A DNA stretch of 64,000 nucleotides, from the NCBI GenBank assembly GCA_013265495.1, contig MU058793.1, forward strand, positions 1-64,000, in the 5' to 3' direction. The notes beneath the pieces were generated by a model. That model had not been told where the DNA came from. It worked only from the letters and a program-made list of their open reading frames with translations, and did no database searches. Below, piece by piece: positions 1 through 12,860 of this stretch (the first letter of the stretch is position 1; every line of letters starts with the position of its first letter). The translations under genes were made by a program, and so were the position numbers. The DNA is from Vicugna vicugna. Taxonomy: Eukaryota.

Positions 1-1267
1 CCCAGCCCTGCCCCCGCCCCAGCCAGTGGTGGCCAGCTGTAGGGACACACAACATACAGATCTGCTGCTCTGATATTCAATTGACAAATTGGATTCCAGC
101 AGTTAGGGGTTTGCTGAACATGCCATTGTAGAGGTTGGGCATTAATGCCCCATCAATAGCATGGTTGATGTAAAGGTGAAAAGTCTCAGAGCTGCTCTTT
201 CCCCAACATCTCTTGCCTCTTTCCTCCTGCTTCTTCTATGAGAAAAGAGAAGACAAGGGGAGTAGGGTACCCACAGCACCCCCTTCGGTGGAGAAGTGCC
301 CTAGGCAAAATTGCAGAATCAGTAAGGTTTCTAATGGAACGGACACGTCCACTTTGAATACATTCTTAATTTTTGCTATTTCTTAATTGGCAAATACTTT
401 TGACCCCCTGCTGTGTGCCAGAAAATATTCCGGGTCCAGAGGAGACCAAGGAGAACACAAATGCTCCCTACCTCTGGCAGCTCCCAGCTGTTAGATATCT
501 CAGTTTGAAAACTTTCAAAGAATGTGATCAAGGCGTTGAGCTAGTGCCAGGCTACAATAGGAACAGGAAAGTAGAACAACTAAATCCCACTCAGAAACCT
601 AGAATTTGTGGCCTAAGGAATAAGTCGGACTTGACCAGGTGACAGAACGTGCAGAAGATGTGGGTTTGGGGGGATGGAGAACTTTGAAGAATCTTAAACT
701 GGAAAGTAGAAGAATTACACCCTCCATTCTGGCTCAGGGCCTACCTTGTTCTTTGTCCGGTTCCAAAGGGGTCTTAACACCAGCTGCACATGTGTTACTT
801 TTCCTGAGATGCTAGTAACTAATGGCTTAAAGGAGGGTTTGCAACTCAAATGCCTACGAGGACCCAGCAGGAAACAACACTGTGTGCAGGGGCCAGCCGC
901 ACAATACAGGGGTGAGCAGAGGGCTAGGGAGTGGACAGGCACACTGCGTAGATCAAAAGCAACCCTTCAGCTGGCCAGGGAGGTCCAAGGCCTCCAGTTT
1001 TTAGTTCTTGCCTTCAGGTATTAAAACTAGTTACTTCACATTCATTGCCTCATTTTTTTTCTCATGCAGCACCTCAAAGTCTCTGAAAGACCACAAAACA
1101 GGGAACTTGTATAGAAGAGCTGTGGGCTTGGCTTGCATGGCTCCCTATAGATCTGCCCCCTTCATGGCCACTGTGAGCAAGGGTAGCCACAGATAAGAGA
1201 CCACTCCCTGAGTCTAGGCTGTGTCCAGGCCATCCTTCACCTGGACTCCAGAAACCACTCCACACTC

Positions 1268-1410
1268 ATGTTTTGTTTGAATCTCACAATTCAAAACCAG
1301 AATTTTCACATAGCAACAACTGACAAGACTTAAACATTGGAAGATGCTAGCTACAGCACTGAGTCCTAGCTTCTCCTAAAAATGCAGAAGGTCTGACCAC
1401 CCTAGGCTGC
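1268..1410. mobile_element. possible decayed hAT-Charlie (MER102/MER103-like) relic
   Basis: Weak recalled similarity: aattttcacata...cctagcttctcctaaaaatgcagaaggtctgaccaccctagg resembles the element end; not verified. Confidence 0.3.
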
Positions 1411-2099
1411 ACCATGATGTGGCCATCATCAGTCATTGCTCAGAGCTGAGTACCACCAAGGCCTACCCACCTCACTGTGGCCGTGGCCTCTGGTGACACA
1501 GCCTAATGCCATCAGTTAGGGGAGCTCGTCAGCTCAGAACAAATCATTCTTGTTCTCACCTTCTTACCAGGGGGAACCTGAAATCCCTTGAAAAACAAGG
1601 CAGCATTAACCACACAAAGCAAAGACTTTCATATCAGCCTTCAGATGGTACGTAATATAAATATCATGACTCTCACAGACAAATTAGTAAAAAATAAAAC
1701 AAAGCCACACATGGCAGCCCCTCAGTGTGTTTTGCCTTACTAACATGAATTAATTACACAGAACTCATAAGTGAGACAAGATGGGCATGTTTGTTACCTC
1801 ATTTGCTAAATATTTTTGGTGAAGGTGAAAAACAATTCATGGTTTATGGCTAAACAAGCTTGAGCGGGGATTGTAGCCAATTGTCTAGAGCCAGGCAGGA
1901 ACTGGGTTACACCGCCCAGAATCACAGCCTAGGAAAGGACCCGAGGAGAGCAAACCTCCTCAGGTGAAGGGGACAAAAGCAAGGACAGTAAGTCTTAAGG
2001 GTTAAGGTTCCCAAGCTTTCCCCTCTAATCCTTTTTTCAAAGCTTTACAATTTCTCTTTCTTTCTCTCCTTCCCTTCTTCCCTCCTTCCATCCCTTCCT

Positions 2100-2245
2100 C
2101 CCTTCCAAGCAGTGGTGAGAGGGAACATCTCTGACTTGTTCCTGCCCTTAGTGGGAAAGCTTTGAGTTTCTCACCACGAAGTAGGTTAGCAGCCATAGGC
2201 TTTTGGAGATATACTTAAGCAAATTGAGGAAATTCCCTTCTTCAG
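2100..2245 (-). mobile_element. L1 ORF2 reverse-transcriptase fragment (decayed)
   Basis: Minus ORF 2002..2196 contains LKAFPLRAGTSQRCSLSPLL, matching the L1 ORF2 motif LKAFPLRSGTRQGCPLSPLL. Confidence 0.85.
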
Positions 2246-2254
2246 GGCTTTAGT

Positions 2255-3027
2255 TTTTATTTGTTTGTTTTTGCTTTCATTTTTAAGACTTTTATAGCAA
2301 TCTCAAGTTCACAGCAAAATTGAGGGGAAGGTACAGAGATTTCCCATATACTTCCTGCTTCCACACATGCATATCCTCCCCCACTATCAACACCTTCCAC
2401 CAGAGGGATACATTTGTCACTACTGATGAACCTACCTTGACACATCATTATCTCCAAAAGTCTACAGCTTACATTATGGTTCACTCGTGGTGGTGTACAT
2501 TCTATGAGTTTGGGAAAATGTATAATGAGTTGCAGCCATGATGATAGTATCACACATAGAGTAGTTTTACTGCCCTAAAAATCCTCTGTGCTTTACCTGT
2601 TCNNNNNNNNNNNNNNNNNNNNNNNNNNNNNNNNNNNNNNNNNNNNNNNNNNNNNNNNNNNNNNNNNNNNNNNNNNNNNNNNNNNNNNNNNNNNNNNNNN
2701 NNNNNNNNNNNNNNNNNNNNNNNNNNNNNNNNNNNNNNNNNNNNNNNNNNNNNNNNNNTCTTTTCATGGCTTGGTCAACTTGTTTCTTTTTAGCACTGAA
2801 TAATATTCCTTTGTTTGGATGTATCACAGTTTATTTACCCACTCATCTACCAAAGGATGTCTTGGTTGCTTCCAAGTTTTGGCAATTAGGAATCAAGCTG
2901 CTATAAATATTCATGTGCAAGTTTTTGTGTGGACATAAATTTTCAGCACCTTTGGGTAAATATCAAGGAATGTGATTGCTGGATAATATGATAAGAGTAT
3001 GTTTAGTTTTGTAAGAAACTACCAAAC
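2255..3027 (-). mobile_element. L1MC-type LINE-1 3' end
   Basis: T-rich tail then gttcacagcaaaattgaggggaaggtacagagatttcccatatac...ttttactgccctaaaaatcctctgtgc, typical of the L1MC1-like 3' UTR; interrupted by N-run 2603-2758. Confidence 0.85.
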
Positions 3028-3559
3028 GGGATAGAGCTAAAGCCAACTCACCAGGCCCATATTGTGCAAAAGGTGTTCACTCTGTTATTCTATTAACCAC
3101 TTTGGGTCTCAAATTTTATTTATTTACACCCATAAATTCATTCAACTCCCCTATATTGAATGCCCACTAGGAACCAGACTCTTCACTATTCAATTTTTTT
3201 TAAATGATAAATTGAATTTATCTGGTTTTAACACATGGTCGTTGCTAGGCAGATATTTTATTCACTCCCTCTCCACTGTCTCCACTCTAGCTTTGCAAGA
3301 TGAGAAACCATGTGTATGCCCACCTCAAGTATTGGGGAAAAGGGGGAGGTATAAATGGAGCTTGGGAAGACCTCTGGAAGGTCCTCCCTGGAAGGTTGGG
3401 ACCCACATCCTGAAACAGATTTGGGAACCTCCCTATGGTGTTTTCTCATAGAATTATGAGGGAAAACCCAATTGGTAGCTCAACTACCACATCACAAGGA
3501 TAAAATTACTTGCGTGTCTTGCACACCAGTCTGTATGTTCTTTAAGAGCCTTGTGGCAA

Positions 3560-3770
3560 TATATAATGAGCATGGCCTTTGGGATCAGTAGGACCTGTGT
3601 TCAAATCTTGGGTCTGTACTTACTTGCTGTGTGATCTTGGCTGGCTTATTCAATCTCTCTGGATCTCCATAAAATAAAATAAATAAAAATCACATTGTAG
3701 AGTTATTTATGAAGAAATAAAATAAGGCTGCAAACACACATATCACCTAGCATATAGTAGATATCATTTG
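3560..3770 (+). mobile_element. MIR SINE
   Basis: gacctgtgttcaaatcttgggtctgtacttacttgctgtgtgatcttgg matches the MIR 5'/core region. Confidence 0.7.
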
Positions 3771-4554
3771 TGATCGTTCCGCTGTCTCTAGTGCCAAAGT
3801 CTCATTTGTCCATGGTCCCCAAAATGCACAGTGCTCAGAGAATATGTTTTAAACTAAAAGGATGTTTGCCTTACCTAACTTACCATTTGGCTTGATCTCC
3901 TTTCAAGGAGAGTTAAAGGTATCAGTGCTTACTTTATATTATCTTAGTGTCTGTAATGCCATTCCCCAAACATTAGAATCATGGTCAATGTTTGCTCCTT
4001 AAATTCAAGCCACAAAAGACCCAGTCTTTGTGGTTTGGGGTCTCAGTTTACAATGTGAAGGTATAATTTCTCTGGGAGAAAACACATATCCTAAATTACA
4101 ACATTGTTCAGCAAACATGGAATGATTTCAAATTGTCTTAGCCAGAGAGCTCCTGGGGCTCAGGGAGAAGCTGGAGGTCCTGACACTAAGCTGCCCACAG
4201 AGTCTTTGCCACCCACCCCTGGAGGCATCCTCTGCATGAGCTGGGTTTGAAGCCTCATACTGAATAACTGGACAGGGCAACTCAAAAATACTTTGTGAAA
4301 GTTAGTGCATGCTTATTAAGGGCTTGGAAGAGCCTTGTTGAGATTCTAATAGCATCTTGCCAGAAAGAAGGTGTACATGGATGAGAAGAAGCATCTCACT
4401 TCCTTCTAAAACTGCCCCTCACTTTCGCTACCTATCAAATGTGACGTCATTGTCCCAACTCTCAAGGAATGTTTGAAGATAAAGAGAGACCCATAATTGA
4501 GAAAGAGCTCCAAAATGCCACATGCTTGAAATTGCTCCATCATTATGGGTGAGG

Positions 4555-4740
4555 CAACAGGGCAGCAATTCAAAGAACATGGGCTCTGGAGTGGAGAAAA
4601 ATAGGTCTGAAGCCACTTGTGAGCCTCAGGTTCTTATCTGGAAAATGCAAATAACAACTGCCTGCAGGTGAGCTGTAAGGACAAATTGAGATATATTGTC
4701 AAAGGGCTTAACATAATTTTTGGCAAATAGCATATACATG
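4555..4740 (+). mobile_element. MIR SINE
   Basis: aagaacatgggctctggag...tgtgagcctcaggttcttatctggaaaatg, MIR core. Confidence 0.6.
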
Positions 4741-4743
4741 GTA

Positions 4744-4794
<51 letters not shown>
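4744..4794. repeat. (AAT)17 microsatellite
   Basis: Directly visible perfect trinucleotide array; explains the poly-Tyr ORF 4634..4843. Confidence 0.98.
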
Positions 4795-4795
<1 letters not shown>

Positions 4796-4859
4796 GTAAT
4801 TAACATATATGGAACATTTCCCACGTTTCAGGTTTGCCATCAAATACTCTACATGTTCT

Positions 4860-4980
4860 ATTCCATTTATTTCTCATAACTATCCTAAGATTTGAGCTGT
4901 TATTAGCCCCCTCTTTACAGAGTAGGAAACTGAGGCCCAGAAAAATAAAATTATTTCACAGATTCAAACCAGGTGATCAC
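4860..4980 (-). mobile_element. MIR SINE fragment
   Basis: ctttacagagtaggaaactgaggcccaga, antisense MIR core. Confidence 0.55.
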
Positions 4981-5277
4981 AGTGCTGAGCTCAGAATACT
5001 ACAGTGAGAGCCATTGTTTCTCATCCTCGCTGTTAGAGCTAAATAAAGTATAACTTCCATGTCATCAAGCCCCCTTCCTGTGCCTACACATATTCCCTTT
5101 GCAACATCTATTAGAGTCAAATCATTCCAACTTTCCTTGAATGCTCCTGATGACGGGAACCTCATTACTTGAGACTATCCATCCAGCAGCAAAACTCTGT
5201 AACCCTAACATTGCTTAAATAGCTCTTTTAGGGGTTTTCTGCTCTTAGGGATTGTTAGGAACAAGGAGAGTCTAAGG

Positions 5278-5572
5278 AATAGTCACAGATTGGAAGAGAC
5301 TAAGGAAAAGTAGCAACAAAATGTAATGTGAGATCCTGGAAGAGAAAAAGAGCACTGGGAAAAGACTGGTGAGATTCAGACAGAGCCCACCATTTAGTTA
5401 AAAATATTGTACCAAAGTTTTAATTTCTTGGTTTTTGATCACTTAAGTATGATTATGTAAGATGTTAACATTAACGGCAGCTGGATGATGGGTATACAGA
5501 ACCTCTCAATTTTTGCAACTTTTCTGTAAATCTAAAATTGGGTCAAACTAAAAAGTTAAAAGAAAAATAAAA
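5278..5572 (+). mobile_element. old L1M (L1MC4-like) 3' end
   Basis: caacaaaatgtaatgtgagatcctgga...atgtaagatgttaacatt...ttttgcaacttttctgtaaatctaaaatt followed by A-rich tail. Confidence 0.75.
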
Positions 5573-6439
5573 ACCTGTCCAGGAAATCAAGGAAATTTGA
5601 ATAAACGCTGAGAAAAGAGATCAATTTTTCTCTAGAAGGAAAAGAGACCCGTATTGTGTTCCTGGGGTCTGCTCTACACAGAAGTTACAACAGAAGGAAG
5701 CAAAGATAGCCAGCCTGCGAGGGCCCTCTGGGCTTGGAGATGCGATTGTTCTGACATCAGAAGTCCCTCTCCTTAAATCCAGCCACTCTTTACTAGGCCC
5801 AGGCCCAGCTTCCCTACCTGCTACTTGGATACCTTCAGCCTCAGCAAACCTGAGAGCATAAGGAATTCACAGCTGGCTGCAAAGTCCTCCTCACCACAGC
5901 AAACCTCAGGCTGCATTCTGGAGCCTACTAACCCTAAAAGAGCTGATGGCTGTAGCCGTGGGAGTGGGGCTGTATCTTGGTCACCACAGGGCTTTCAGCA
6001 CAATCCTCATGGCACTCCGTAAAAGTCCATTAAAAAATACATCCATTAGTAGGGAGGTGGGGGGATAGTCAGTAACTTGCCATTAAATAGTCCTCTGGAC
6101 CTAACAAATTCAATATTTAAGATCAACTTTGAAAATGGGTTTATAACCAAGTTATATAGATTATATGCAGGAGAAATTTTAAACTGAATATAAAATTGCC
6201 TCAGAAATTTGCTATGAAATTGACATTTGTATGAAATTTTAAAGATTAAATCCTTTTGCAACATGCTATGTCTATATATTATGATGCATTGAAAAAGACA
6301 GTATTAATGAGGGTTTCTGAGTTACATCCTTCCAACAGAACTAGGAAGAAAGCATTTGTTTAGTTTTCAATTTTCCATCCTCTTTAAACTCAGATCAGAT
6401 GCTATTACTTCCCCTCTCAAATCTTCTAGTCTTATCTTA

Positions 6440-6585
6440 TATATTTATTTGCAATTCTTTGTCTCCATCACCTGGAATCAAATTCCATGAGAAAAGATAC
6501 TGTGTGACTTTGTTCAGTGCTGTACCCCAAGAGTCAAGGACAGTTTCTCACACAGAATAAGTGCTTGATAAACATCGATCAAATA
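6440..6585 (+). mobile_element. L2 LINE 3' end
   Basis: ttccatgagaaaagatactg...ttgttcagtgctgtacccca...aataagtgcttgataaa. Confidence 0.65.
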
Positions 6586-7726
6586 TAGGACTATTTTTAA
6601 CTTCTGAGCAGTGACTAATAGTTAATAAGGTCCTGTCATCAATCGGATCTGTGTCCCTACCAGCCTGATGAGGTGCTTGGAAATGGAGGGCACTAAGAGA
6701 TTAGGTCAAAGTCACACAGCCAACAAGGAGGAGCCTGGACTCCACCTCAGAGCTTCGGATTCCACAGTGCTGGCAGCCTCCCTCAGACATCATCACACAA
6801 GGCTGCCTGAAACTAAGTTCCACTCAACATCCAGCACCCCGTCCCAGATACCTTGTCAGGCGGGTGCTGCAGCCAGACCCCAGGGCCCCCTCTCTCTCCC
6901 TTAACTGGGTGTCAAAATGTTCCTTTGAGGGATGAACAAGCTGAGCTGGTTTTCTTTTTCCCTACCACATAGAAAAATGCCCCGCTTTCTTTCACAAACT
7001 TTCCAGCATTAGTGTCATTTCAATAAGTGCATTATAACAATCCCAGGACACTGCATATTATATTGTTTCATCTCCCTGGAGAAGAATGCCCTCTATTCTC
7101 ATCCCTGCTCCATTCTCATAGTTCCCCCGCTCAATGGGATTTATTAAGGCAATTTATCACAGATGAATAGGTATCTAAGCAGTCAGTCTAATAGGCAGGG
7201 ACTCACTATTTTTAAGTCAACAGATTTGGTGGTCATTTCCTTAATCGGTACTGATTCAGCCCTTTCTGAATCATAGGTCGGGGCACTCCTTGAAAACTTC
7301 ACAGATTAGAAGAAAAGTCAGAACCACCCCTGACTAAAAATAGAATTCTAGGATTAGAGGGATGTGTTCACTCGGCTCTGCCTCCCCTACTCCCCGTCAG
7401 CAGACAGCCTCTGATGAAGGGGCAGTGCCAGAGCTTAGGGGGACAAGAAAGTATTGATGGGTCTCTTTGACCAGCTGTCACTAGGGCAGCACTAGAAGGC
7501 TATGGTCCTATTACCCACCCCATCTTCATTTTTAAATTAGCATCAGCCTATGAACTTCCACCACTATAAAGTTTCACAATGATTCCCAAGCATTATTTCA
7601 GAGCCTTTGGGCAAGTTTCCCATTCAGAAATCATTTTCTTCAGCTCATAGTGGGGAAACTAAGATACTGAGAGATAAAATGGCTTGCCCAGGTGCGAAGG
7701 GGAGGGACCAAGGATGAAAGACAGAG

Positions 7727-8077
7727 TGTCTTAGTCTGTTTGCGTTGCTGTAACAGAATACCACAGACTGGGTTGCTTATAAACAACAGAAATTTTTTCT
7801 CATGGCTTTGAGATTAAGGTGCCAGCATGGCCCAACATGGTTGTGTTCAGTTGAAGGCTGTCTTTCTGGTTCATTGAGGGCACTTTCTCGCTGTGGCTTC
7901 ACATGATGGAAGGGGCTAAGGAGCTCTGTAGGGTCTCTTTTATAAGGGCACTAATCCTATTAATGAGGACATGACCTAATCACCTCTCAAAGGCCCCACC
8001 TACTAATACCATCACCTTTGAGGGTTAGGGTATCAACATATGAATTCTGAGTGGACATAAACATTCAGACCATAGCG
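7727..8077 (-). mobile_element. MLT1A-type MaLR solo LTR
   Basis: Begins tgtcttagtctgtttgcgttgctgtaacagaataccacagactggg, ends aacattcagaccatagc; flanks cagag / gagag are a 4/5 candidate 5-bp TSD. Confidence 0.9.
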
Positions 8078-8079
8078 GA

Positions 8080-8295
8080 GAGCATGAACACTGGAATCAG
8101 ACTGCTAGCATCATTACCCTGGGTGCTGTGTCCCTAGTTGTGTGGCCATGGGCTACTCACTGAAACTTAAAATCTCTATGCCTCATTTTTATTGTTAGCA
8201 AACGGGAATAATAATACTACCTTGCTCAAATAAAACAGTATATATGAAGGGTTCAGTACAGCACCTGGAACACAGAAAGCAGTCAGTAAACATTG
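8080..8295 (+). mobile_element. MIR SINE
   Basis: tagttgtgtggccatgggc...ctctatgcctcattttt...gggaataataatactacc...cagcacctggaacacag. Confidence 0.65.
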
Positions 8296-9589
8296 GCTTT
8301 CACTGCTATTACTGTGAAAACTGAAAGTACAGTATTTTCTCTGGGTAACTGGCCTAGAGTAAGTGGAATTGTAGACGTAAGGATCTACATGAATCCATAT
8401 GAGATGGCCCCTTGTCTGAGGGTCCATTGGTGTGATCCAGTTGAGAGGATTTTTATTCTTCTATATAGTAAAATGAGGCCAAAGTTGGGCACTATGTCTA
8501 TGGGACAAACTTATAGGGGCTCTCCCCTTCTAGTAAGACTTATGTGATAGGTGAGAAACTCAACTCTGAATCTTGAAACACAATTTGTTTTTACAGAATT
8601 TCTTTCATAGAAAAGCAGAATAGCTCACTTTTGTAGAGAGGAGCAGAATCAAGCATGTATTTAATGTTTAAACCTAACTACAAGTGCTCTCTTTATAGAG
8701 CAGCATACAGTTACACTTGGCATGTTGTTCTATTATATTCTCCAGGTTATGTATATAGTCTATATACATTTTACATTGACCCAGCCATATTAATATACAT
8801 CCATATCATAGATGTTTCCCTAACTGGGCCATTTATAACAGTTCCAGGGGCAATTGTGATCATGCACAATTCTCAGCAGTCTTTTGCAACCACCCTGCCT
8901 CTACATAATATGCAACACTATACTACAGTGTTTTTGAAGTGCCATTGTGTTTAGAAGCCCAAAGCCATTGCCTCTAAATTCCTGACAAGATCAAGACAAT
9001 GTAGGATGGTTGATGGTTAGCCGTCTTCTTTCTCAGATGGAAAAACAGGCCCAGAGAAAACATCCCCCCCTCCTCCATCCAGGATGATATAGTGAGTTAG
9101 TAAAACCAAGAGAATGCCTAGATGAGCCAACACGAGAAAATGGCCAGTGACTTGGACGCTAACAAATGGGATATGCTGGCTGTTCATTTTCTAATGTAAA
9201 TTCTAGAAGGGAACCAGGGAAGAAGGGAGGCGAGAGAACAAATTGGATGTAATCAGAATCAGATTCAAGATAAACTGTTAATGGTTAATAGGGTCAGCCA
9301 CCCAGGCAGCAGCCAGACCTGGAATTTTCCACCCTTGCTCCTTGCCCAGCATTCACTAGAGACCACGTGTGCATTCGTCTCTAGTTCAAGGAACCAGTTC
9401 CTGGTGCTGCTGCAAGACAGGGGAAGTAACAGGAATCACGTTCCACTCTAAGACGGGCCTGCCTTTAAATGGAATACTCCAGAGTAAGGGAGGGACTCAG
9501 CATCCAGAGACATTATAATAATAACAGTAATAAACAATAATAATATTAGCCACCTCCGCCCATCAGCACCGCCGACAAGCATTGAGGGC

Positions 9590-9795
9590 TAATGGCCAGC
9601 ACTAAGTAAAAGTCTTTGAAGACAACGCCTCATTAAATACTCACAAAGGCCTTTGAGATAAACATGGTAGTAAGTCTTATTTCAGAGATGAGGAAACAGA
9701 ATCCAAGGGGTTAAGACCTTGACCTAAGATCACCCAGCTGAGAGGAGAGAGACCAGGGTGCCCTGAAGCACTGTCATGCACTATACCAACACTCC
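9590..9795 (-). mobile_element. MIR SINE
   Basis: ttatttcagagatgaggaaacagaatcc...gacctaagatcacccagct, antisense core. Confidence 0.55.
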
Positions 9796-11029
9796 CTTAG
9801 GAAGGTTAAAGCTATTGTAAAAATTTAATTTGAGTTATATTTATTTTGCATGTGCCTCATCGGTTACAAATCATTTTCAGAGATGGGTATTCTCATTTCG
9901 AAGACAGGGAAAAAGTGAAGAAGGTTCAGATCAGTATGCAGAAGAGGAGTCCCAAAGGAGTGAGGTAATGGAACAGAGAGCACCCCCTGTTATCCTCCAC
10001 CCCCAGACACACCCACCTCGAGAGGCAGGAAAGGAAGAATTAGTGTGTAAAGGGGCCTCAGCCTAGGTTTCTGTAGGTTAATGTCCATTTGATACAGACC
10101 GACTTCACCCCTGTGCTGGGGGAAATACAGAGAGGGAGGAGGGAGCAGAAAAGATCAGTGGGGCGGGGCTCTGGGACCCAGTTTCCCTGCCCAGGCCCAG
10201 CCCCTGACCAGCACCCCAGTGGCCAGAGCTCCCTTCGTGAACAGCCACAAGGCAGCCAGTGTGTTCTCACATGCTGATTCCACCTCCCACCCCAAAGTTA
10301 ATATAAAACCGCCTCACTTGGACATATTTGTACTTCTCCATGGAAATGAGGGATTCCGTGTGAATACACTCACGGCTGCAAAAGCTCTCTTTTTTTCAAG
10401 CTTCATTGACTATCAGGATATTCAAGCCCTGGAGTTGCGATAGAATCCTTGTGGGGAAAACTCAATTAAAGCCGCTACAGAATGCGCACAGAACAAGAAG
10501 GAGGGAAAAGAACAGGGGGTGGGGGAGACATTTCTTTTGAATAATAAAGCTCCAGATTTAAAATTAGACTGTACAATAACAGCCCTAATTCCTGGAAACC
10601 CAGATGGGGAACTAAATACATAATATATCGAGAGGAATTTATTTTCACAGACTTTGAGGACGTAATATAGCTCTTGGCACTTCACACAGCCTTGGCCCGT
10701 ATTTCTGACAAGTGGAAGAGGCTGTTAACCACCTTTTCATGGAAAACATACCTCCATCTCAAGTCAGAGGTTAAGTTATTCTCTGGCCAAAAGAAGCAAT
10801 CCATCATGCTTCATTATGGGATAGATCTCACAATGAATAGCATTTGGCAGAGATGGATAACTTAATATGACTCCATTCGGCAGCGCTGTAAACGGATCTG
10901 TCATCTCCAAGACCAGCGGAGGTGGTCAGACGCCACTTGAGGTCCTGAACAAAATTCTGGCTGCCGCAGGGGAAGGAGGAGAGTGGAGGCTGAATTCACA
11001 CCTGAATAATAATCACCACCTGAATAACC

Positions 11030-11235
11030 GCTGAGCATTTATTTAAGCACCTACTAAGTGTCAGACTGCTGAGTAGAGATCTTGGCTCTGCCACTTATAA
11101 ACTCTGTGATTGCGGGTGAGTACCGACCTCTAGCTCAGTTTCCTTACCTATCAAAATGGAGATACTAACAACACCTGCCTTAGAGACATGCAAGGTATAC
11201 AGAGCTCTTGAGACAGTGACAGGCGTACAGTAAAT
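11030..11235 (+). mobile_element. MIR fragment preceded by an L2/MIR-type tail
   Basis: cttggctctgccacttataaactctgtgatt...ctcagtttccttacctatcaaaatggagatactaac. Confidence 0.5.
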
Positions 11236-11399
11236 GCTAAATAAGTGTTAGTGGCTATTATCTTAACCAGCTCAACAAGAGCCTGGACCGCAGTGAGGCA
11301 AAGAGTCTTCCGAGATGCAGCATTTAAGGGGCACTCACTTCCGGGGTCATGCATCAGTGCCTCTGTAAATGTTGCACCTGGATGCCTTTCTTGCTTCAA

Positions 11400-11540
11400 C
11401 CTAGTCCCTGCCCAGATCTCAGATTCACAGATGTAGAAACGAAGCTCAGAGAAGTGAAGTGACTTGCTGGACTCCACCCAGTATGGTCCCTACAGAACCT
11501 GAACTCACAACCTGTCCATCCCACTATACACTGTTGTACC
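11400..11540 (-). mobile_element. MIR fragment
   Basis: cacagatgtagaaacgaagctcagagaagtgaagtgacttgc, antisense core. Confidence 0.55.
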
Positions 11541-12504
11541 ACGTCCCACTGCCTCAAAGGCAGTGTGGGAAAGAACTATCCACTTCCAAATTTTAGTCAG
11601 TGTCATGAAAAAAAGATCAGATCAGATGGAAATTCTGGCTTGAATGGGTGGGTCGTTTGTGGGGACCCAGAGAACAGAGAAAAGCACCTCAACATTAAGA
11701 GGCCTCTGACGACCCAGTTTAGGTGCTAAATAATGCAACACTGGCTTACCCTTGAAAAGTGGCCAGAGTAATGAAAACTGCATCTCACCGGTCAAAGGAG
11801 GAAAAAAAAAAAAGAAGAAGAGATACATGATTCTCTAGCAAAACCTTCCTTATCAGCTCTGTAACAAAAGCAGAGGAACCATCAATCACGCCGTTGTTGG
11901 TCTGCCAGGCCCGGCTGCAGGCATGCAACTCACAGGCCACCCTTTGGCTTGAAGAAGCCATGCTCAGCCCAGCTCCAGGCAGGAGAAAAAGGTGTGCGCG
12001 TGGCTACAAGCCAGACTCTCGGATCCTCCTTGCAGCTCTGCCACCCACTTTCTCTATGACTTTGGTTAAGTGGCTAAACTTCTCTGAGTTTCCTTATTTC
12101 TAGCACAGGGCATTTCATCCATGGTCTCGGAATTCCTTTCCAGCTCCAAACTCTCCAACCTCCATGAACACTGAGCTACATGAGCCAAAAGAATGATCTG
12201 AAATAGAATCTCCTTTCATTTCATTCCTCTGTCTTTTGGAAAACTTTTTAGATTCTTCATATATGATGCCTTACTGCTGTTATTTTTTGTGATCAGTCAA
12301 ATAAATAAATAGACAAATTTTAAATAGCTTCAATGAGCAATTTTATCCTCTCACTGTAATTTTTTGAGCGTTCTAATTAGTATCAGCAAGCCTTACCAAT
12401 GTACGATGTTTCCATACACTAAAGCTTTGTGTCACTTCTCTTGTCCTCATCACCTCCATTTAGCAAATGAAGAACTGAGGTCAGAATCATGTAATGGCTT
12501 CACT

Positions 12505-12640
12505 GGTTCATTCATTCATTTATTCATCCATCCATCCATCTACTCAGCAAACAATATCGTGAGTCTTCTAGGCATCAGACTCTGTGCAAGGGACCAGAAA
12601 TTCGGAGACAGATAAAATAGAGTGTCTACTCTGATAGAGG
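12505..12640 (-). mobile_element. L2 3' end
   Basis: tcattcattcatttattcatcc...agcaaacaatatcgtgagtcttctaggcatcagactctgtgc. Confidence 0.55.
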
Positions 12641-12659
12641 CACTGTAGTGAGGACACTG

Positions 12660-12860
12660 AGCACATACACTTTGGTGGAACTTAGTCCAGATCCTGCTTT
12701 AGCTGATCACAAGCTCTTTGACCTTGGGCAACTTACTTTAACCTCTCTGAACCTCAAGTTACTTTTCTATAAAATGGGGATGTTATCTACCAGTTGGAGA
12801 GCAAGTGTGGACTAGATGAGCTAATCATGTAAAGCACTTAGCACAAGGTCTGGGATCCAA
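12660..12860 (+). mobile_element. MIR SINE
   Basis: ctctttgaccttgggcaacttactttaacctctctgaacctcaagttacttttctataaaatggggat, MIR core. Confidence 0.75.

Noticed and set aside
4634-4843. Poly-tyrosine ORF
   Set aside because: Translation of the (AAT)n microsatellite.
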